Source of the DNA: a virus
Reading direction: 5' to 3' (one strand)
Length of the DNA: 64,000 nt
IMG/VR virus record: IMGVR_UViG_3300046820_000975
Span: 47,925-111,924 of that record
In this document: positions 61,337 to 64,000 of the stretch, piece by piece
How the letters are laid out: each line of letters starts with the position of its first letter
Numbering within the stretch: the stretch's first letter is position 1
Translations under genes and position numbers: made by a program
The notes under the pieces: model-generated
The model's database searches: none
Told to the model about the DNA's origin: nothing
The model's input: only the letters and a program-made list of their open reading frames with translations

Positions 61337-63502
61337 ATGGGTTCAAAGTTTATCGTTCCTTTAGAGCTACCAAACTATAACGCTACACCAACAAACACAG
61401 CTGACCCTAGCTTTGGATTGGTGTATCTTAAAGATGATTGGTTAAAACGCGCACTCAATCTTGGTATTGAACAAGATTTGGTATTGGAACACCCTTTGGA
61501 TAACTTTAGCGTTTTGGGTACTGGTAATACTGGTGCTATCACAAGTGCTGATACAGTTGAAGAAGCATTTGATAAACTTCAGCAAAGTCTTTATATAAAT
61601 TTAGTTGGTGACGTTACTGGTACTGCAGCATATAATGCAGGCAATCTTGAAATTGTCACAACTGTTGTAGGAGGAGGATCTTCCGTTCCATTAACTGCAA
61701 CAAAGTTTAATACAAATCATAATACAGCACTTGGTAACCCATACCTTATAGATGATATTGTCTATTATTCTGGACATATTTATAAAGCACTAGCAAACAA
61801 TGATGCAATTACTCCAGCAATAGGAGGTAATGCATACTGGTCAGATTTAGGTGCTGGTTTTCCGTACAGACAAAATGTTGTTGATTGGAATGCCACTTCT
61901 GGTGATTATCAGATTTTAAATAAACCTACTAGTCTAAGTAGTTTTACTAATGATCCTGGGTATTTAACCGTAGAATCTGATCCTGTGTTTACTGCATCTG
62001 ATGCATATGGTATTACAGCAACTGATATTTCTAATTGGAATGCTGCTTATGCTGCAATAGATACAGCTCACATACTTTCAGCTACTGTTTACGCAACTGA
62101 AGATATTCCGCGAGGACATGTTGTTAATGTAATAACTGGACATACAGTCAATCCTTCGTTAGGATTACCTGGGGTTGCTAATGCTGATAAAGCAACAGAA
62201 TCTTTATCTAACAATGTATTAGGTATTGTACCATTTACAATCAACAATAATGATACTGGTGAAGTTATCATGAAAGGTCCTGTTTACGGATTAGATACAC
62301 ATGGTGCAAGTCTTGGTGACTTTGCTTGGGTAGGAGCTTCTGGTGATTTAGTATATACAAGACCTTCAGCTCCAGAACATGCTGTTTATGTTGGTGTTGT
62401 TACAGTTGTTGATGCATCTAATGGATCTATCTTTGTAGATGTTCAAAATGGTTTTGAATTGTCAGAACTTCATGATGTATTGATATCAGGTACACCTAAT
62501 GATAAAGATGTTCTTTATTATGATGCTCCTAGTGGAACTTGGAAAAATGATTCTATTTCTGCTATTGGTGGTGGATCTACTGGTGGTGTTGCTCATGCAA
62601 CTGTTTCAGGAACAGATACATACACTGCAACAATTACAGGTGTTGCATCTTACGCTGATGGTGATGCTTATTTGATAAGATTTACAAACGGTAATACTAC
62701 AAGTGCTACGTTAAACATTAACAGTTTAGGTGCTATTGCATTATATAGAAACAATGATGGTCCATTAATTGGTGGTGATATAGTTGATGGTGCTGAAATG
62801 CTTTGTGTTTATAATTCTACAACAAATGCATTTCAATGTATTGGTACTGCACCAAATACATTATTAGCATACGTAACTAACGCAGAATCAACAACTATTA
62901 CAAAAGGTCAACCTGTTTATGTATATGGTGGTACTGGTGATAGAATTACTGTTAAGTTAGCTTACAATACTTCTGATGCAACTTCTGCTCAGACAATTGG
63001 TATTGTTCAATCTGCATCAATTGCAGCAAACCAAAAAGGTTTAATTGTAGTTCAAGGTCAGTTAGATAATTTAAGTTTGTTTCCAACTTCTACTTGGGCA
63101 GATGGTGATTTTATTTACTTAGGTGCAACTCCTGGATCTGTTACAAATGTAAAACCTTATGCTCCAAGTCATTTGGTTTACTTAGGTTATGTAACTACAG
63201 CAAGTAACGGTAGTGCAGGTAGAATGCATGTTAAAGTTCAGAATGGTTATGAGCTTGATGAATTGCATAATGTACAAGCAACAAGTCCTTCTAACAATGA
63301 TGTACTAGCTTATGAAACTGGTACACCTGGACAATGGAAAACTAAATCTATATCAACTGTACTAGGATATACTCCTGTCCCTGATACAAGAAATATTACT
63401 ATTAATGGGGAAACTCATAACTTAACTGCTGATGCAACCTTTACAGTTTCTGCAGGTAATACAGTCGGAATAAACTTAGCAAACTATTATAACTTCTTTT
63501 AA
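61337..63502 (+). CDS. Tail/head fibre protein with carbohydrate-binding-like module and internal duplication
   Basis: YLIDDIVYYSGHIYKAL...YW (CBM5/12-like); DWNATSG..QILNKP and ESDPVF fibre motifs; two copies of a beta-domain ending VQNG(F/Y)EL.ELH.V. Confidence 0.7.
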   Translation: MGSKFIVPLELPNYNATPTNTADPSFGLVYLKDDWLKRALNLGIEQDLVLEHPLDNFSVLGTGNTGAITSADTVEEAFDKLQQSLYINLVGDVTGTAAYNAGNLEIVTTVVGGGSSVPLTATKFNTNHNTALGNPYLIDDIVYYSGHIYKALANNDAITPAIGGNAYWSDLGAGFPYRQNVVDWNATSGDYQILNKPTSLSSFTNDPGYLTVESDPVFTASDAYGITATDISNWNAAYAAIDTAHILSATVYATEDIPRGHVVNVITGHTVNPSLGLPGVANADKATESLSNNVLGIVPFTINNNDTGEVIMKGPVYGLDTHGASLGDFAWVGASGDLVYTRPSAPEHAVYVGVVTVVDASNGSIFVDVQNGFELSELHDVLISGTPNDKDVLYYDAPSGTWKNDSISAIGGGSTGGVAHATVSGTDTYTATITGVASYADGDAYLIRFTNGNTTSATLNINSLGAIALYRNNDGPLIGGDIVDGAEMLCVYNSTTNAFQCIGTAPNTLLAYVTNAESTTITKGQPVYVYGGTGDRITVKLAYNTSDATSAQTIGIVQSASIAANQKGLIVVQGQLDNLSLFPTSTWADGDFIYLGATPGSVTNVKPYAPSHLVYLGYVTTASNGSAGRMHVKVQNGYELDELHNVQATSPSNNDVLAYETGTPGQWKTKSISTVLGYTPVPDTRNITINGETHNLTADATFTVSAGNTVGINLANYYNFF

Positions 63503-63528
63503 TTTTGTAAACCAAACAAATATTAACT

Positions 63529-63978
63529 ATGCCCGCAAATACAACTCCCGTCTTCGTCTTAACTCCCAATCGTGGTACCGATGGTAGTGGTAACTATGGT
63601 ACAAGATTGACTACAGCAAATGCTACACGTGACTTATCTACTACTACAAATGGTGGACTTATATTATCTGCAGGTGCCAATGGTACTCGTGTAGAATCAA
63701 TCACTTTTACACATAACGCAGCTTCTCAAACTCAGGCTTCTATTGCAGCAGTTGGACGTATATTTATATGTACATCTGCAGCAGCTGCAAACCCTAGAAT
63801 TCTTTCTGAAGTTGCTTTAGCAGCTGTAACTCCTTCTGCAACAGCAGTTGGTCAAACACAAACAATTACTTTTTCACCTCCTTTGTTTGTACCTTCTGGT
63901 GCTCATTTATGGGCAACTATCAGTGCTACACAAACTTCAGGAGCATATGATGTTACTGTTCAAGGTGGTGATTACTAA
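63529..63978 (+). CDS. Small beta-rich structural protein (fibre-associated)
   Basis: 149 aa; MPANTTPVF...GANGTRVESI...GGDY; AAACCAAACAAA leader. Confidence 0.6.
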   Translation: MPANTTPVFVLTPNRGTDGSGNYGTRLTTANATRDLSTTTNGGLILSAGANGTRVESITFTHNAASQTQASIAAVGRIFICTSAAAANPRILSEVALAAVTPSATAVGQTQTITFSPPLFVPSGAHLWATISATQTSGAYDVTVQGGDY

Positions 63979-64000
63979 TTTTTAAATTTATAACTATGTC

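Noticed and set aside
444-62271. The many short minus-strand and off-frame ORFs in the track
   Set aside because: They lie within long + strand genes, have no recognisable motifs and are explained as antisense or frame shadows.
1-64000. Stop-codon reassignment (TAG=Gln or TGA=Trp), known in some crAss-like phages
   Set aside because: All genes, including 6-13 kb ORFs, are intact under code 11. TAG ends terL, and TGA ends genes at 12516, 17319 and 19120 with ATGA coupling.
1-64000. CRISPR arrays, tRNAs, DGR template/variable repeats, inteins, self-splicing introns, integrase or IS elements
   Set aside because: No regularly spaced repeats, cloverleafs, reverse transcriptase, Hint/LAGLIDADG motifs or split genes were seen by eye; intergenic space is very small.
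63996-64000. ATG of a probable next gene at the window edge
   Set aside because: Only 5 nt are visible, so it cannot be supported.

Overview
The window is one uninterrupted + strand gene block from a large, AT-rich crAss-like (Crassvirales-type) podophage, probably infecting a Bacteroidota host (no Shine-Dalgarno sites; a TTTG-N20-TAnnTTTG promoter). It uses the standard genetic code. Gene order: terminase large subunit (5'-truncated), portal, putative scaffold, major capsid protein, a GC-rich structured intergenic region, two conserved structural genes, a ferritin, an auxiliary capsid protein, a Cys-rich tail hub/fibre cluster, a metallophosphoesterase, an IHF/HU-like protein, ring/tail-tube proteins, a small zincin and the muzzle/tail stabilisation protein. 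Four ejected cargo proteins follow, then three giant proteins including a 4442-aa virion RNA polymerase (DFDVD), and finally tail fibre genes. The most unusual observations: (1) the cargo proteins are strings of small modules separated by recurrent GG motifs, and one module looks like an outer-membrane beta-barrel; (2) the three giant proteins carry Cys residues at their facing termini, suggesting head-to-tail linkage; (3) a regulatory layer is visible: a repeated promoter-like motif, a 17-bp palindromic operator, and a 3'-UTR hairpin whose loop is complementary to the AAACCAAC leader of several genes; (4) accessory domains (ParB-like, DUF4326-like, SLOG-like, PD-(D/E)XK) are inserted in the giant proteins. 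All family assignments come from motif recognition and synteny, not from database searches.
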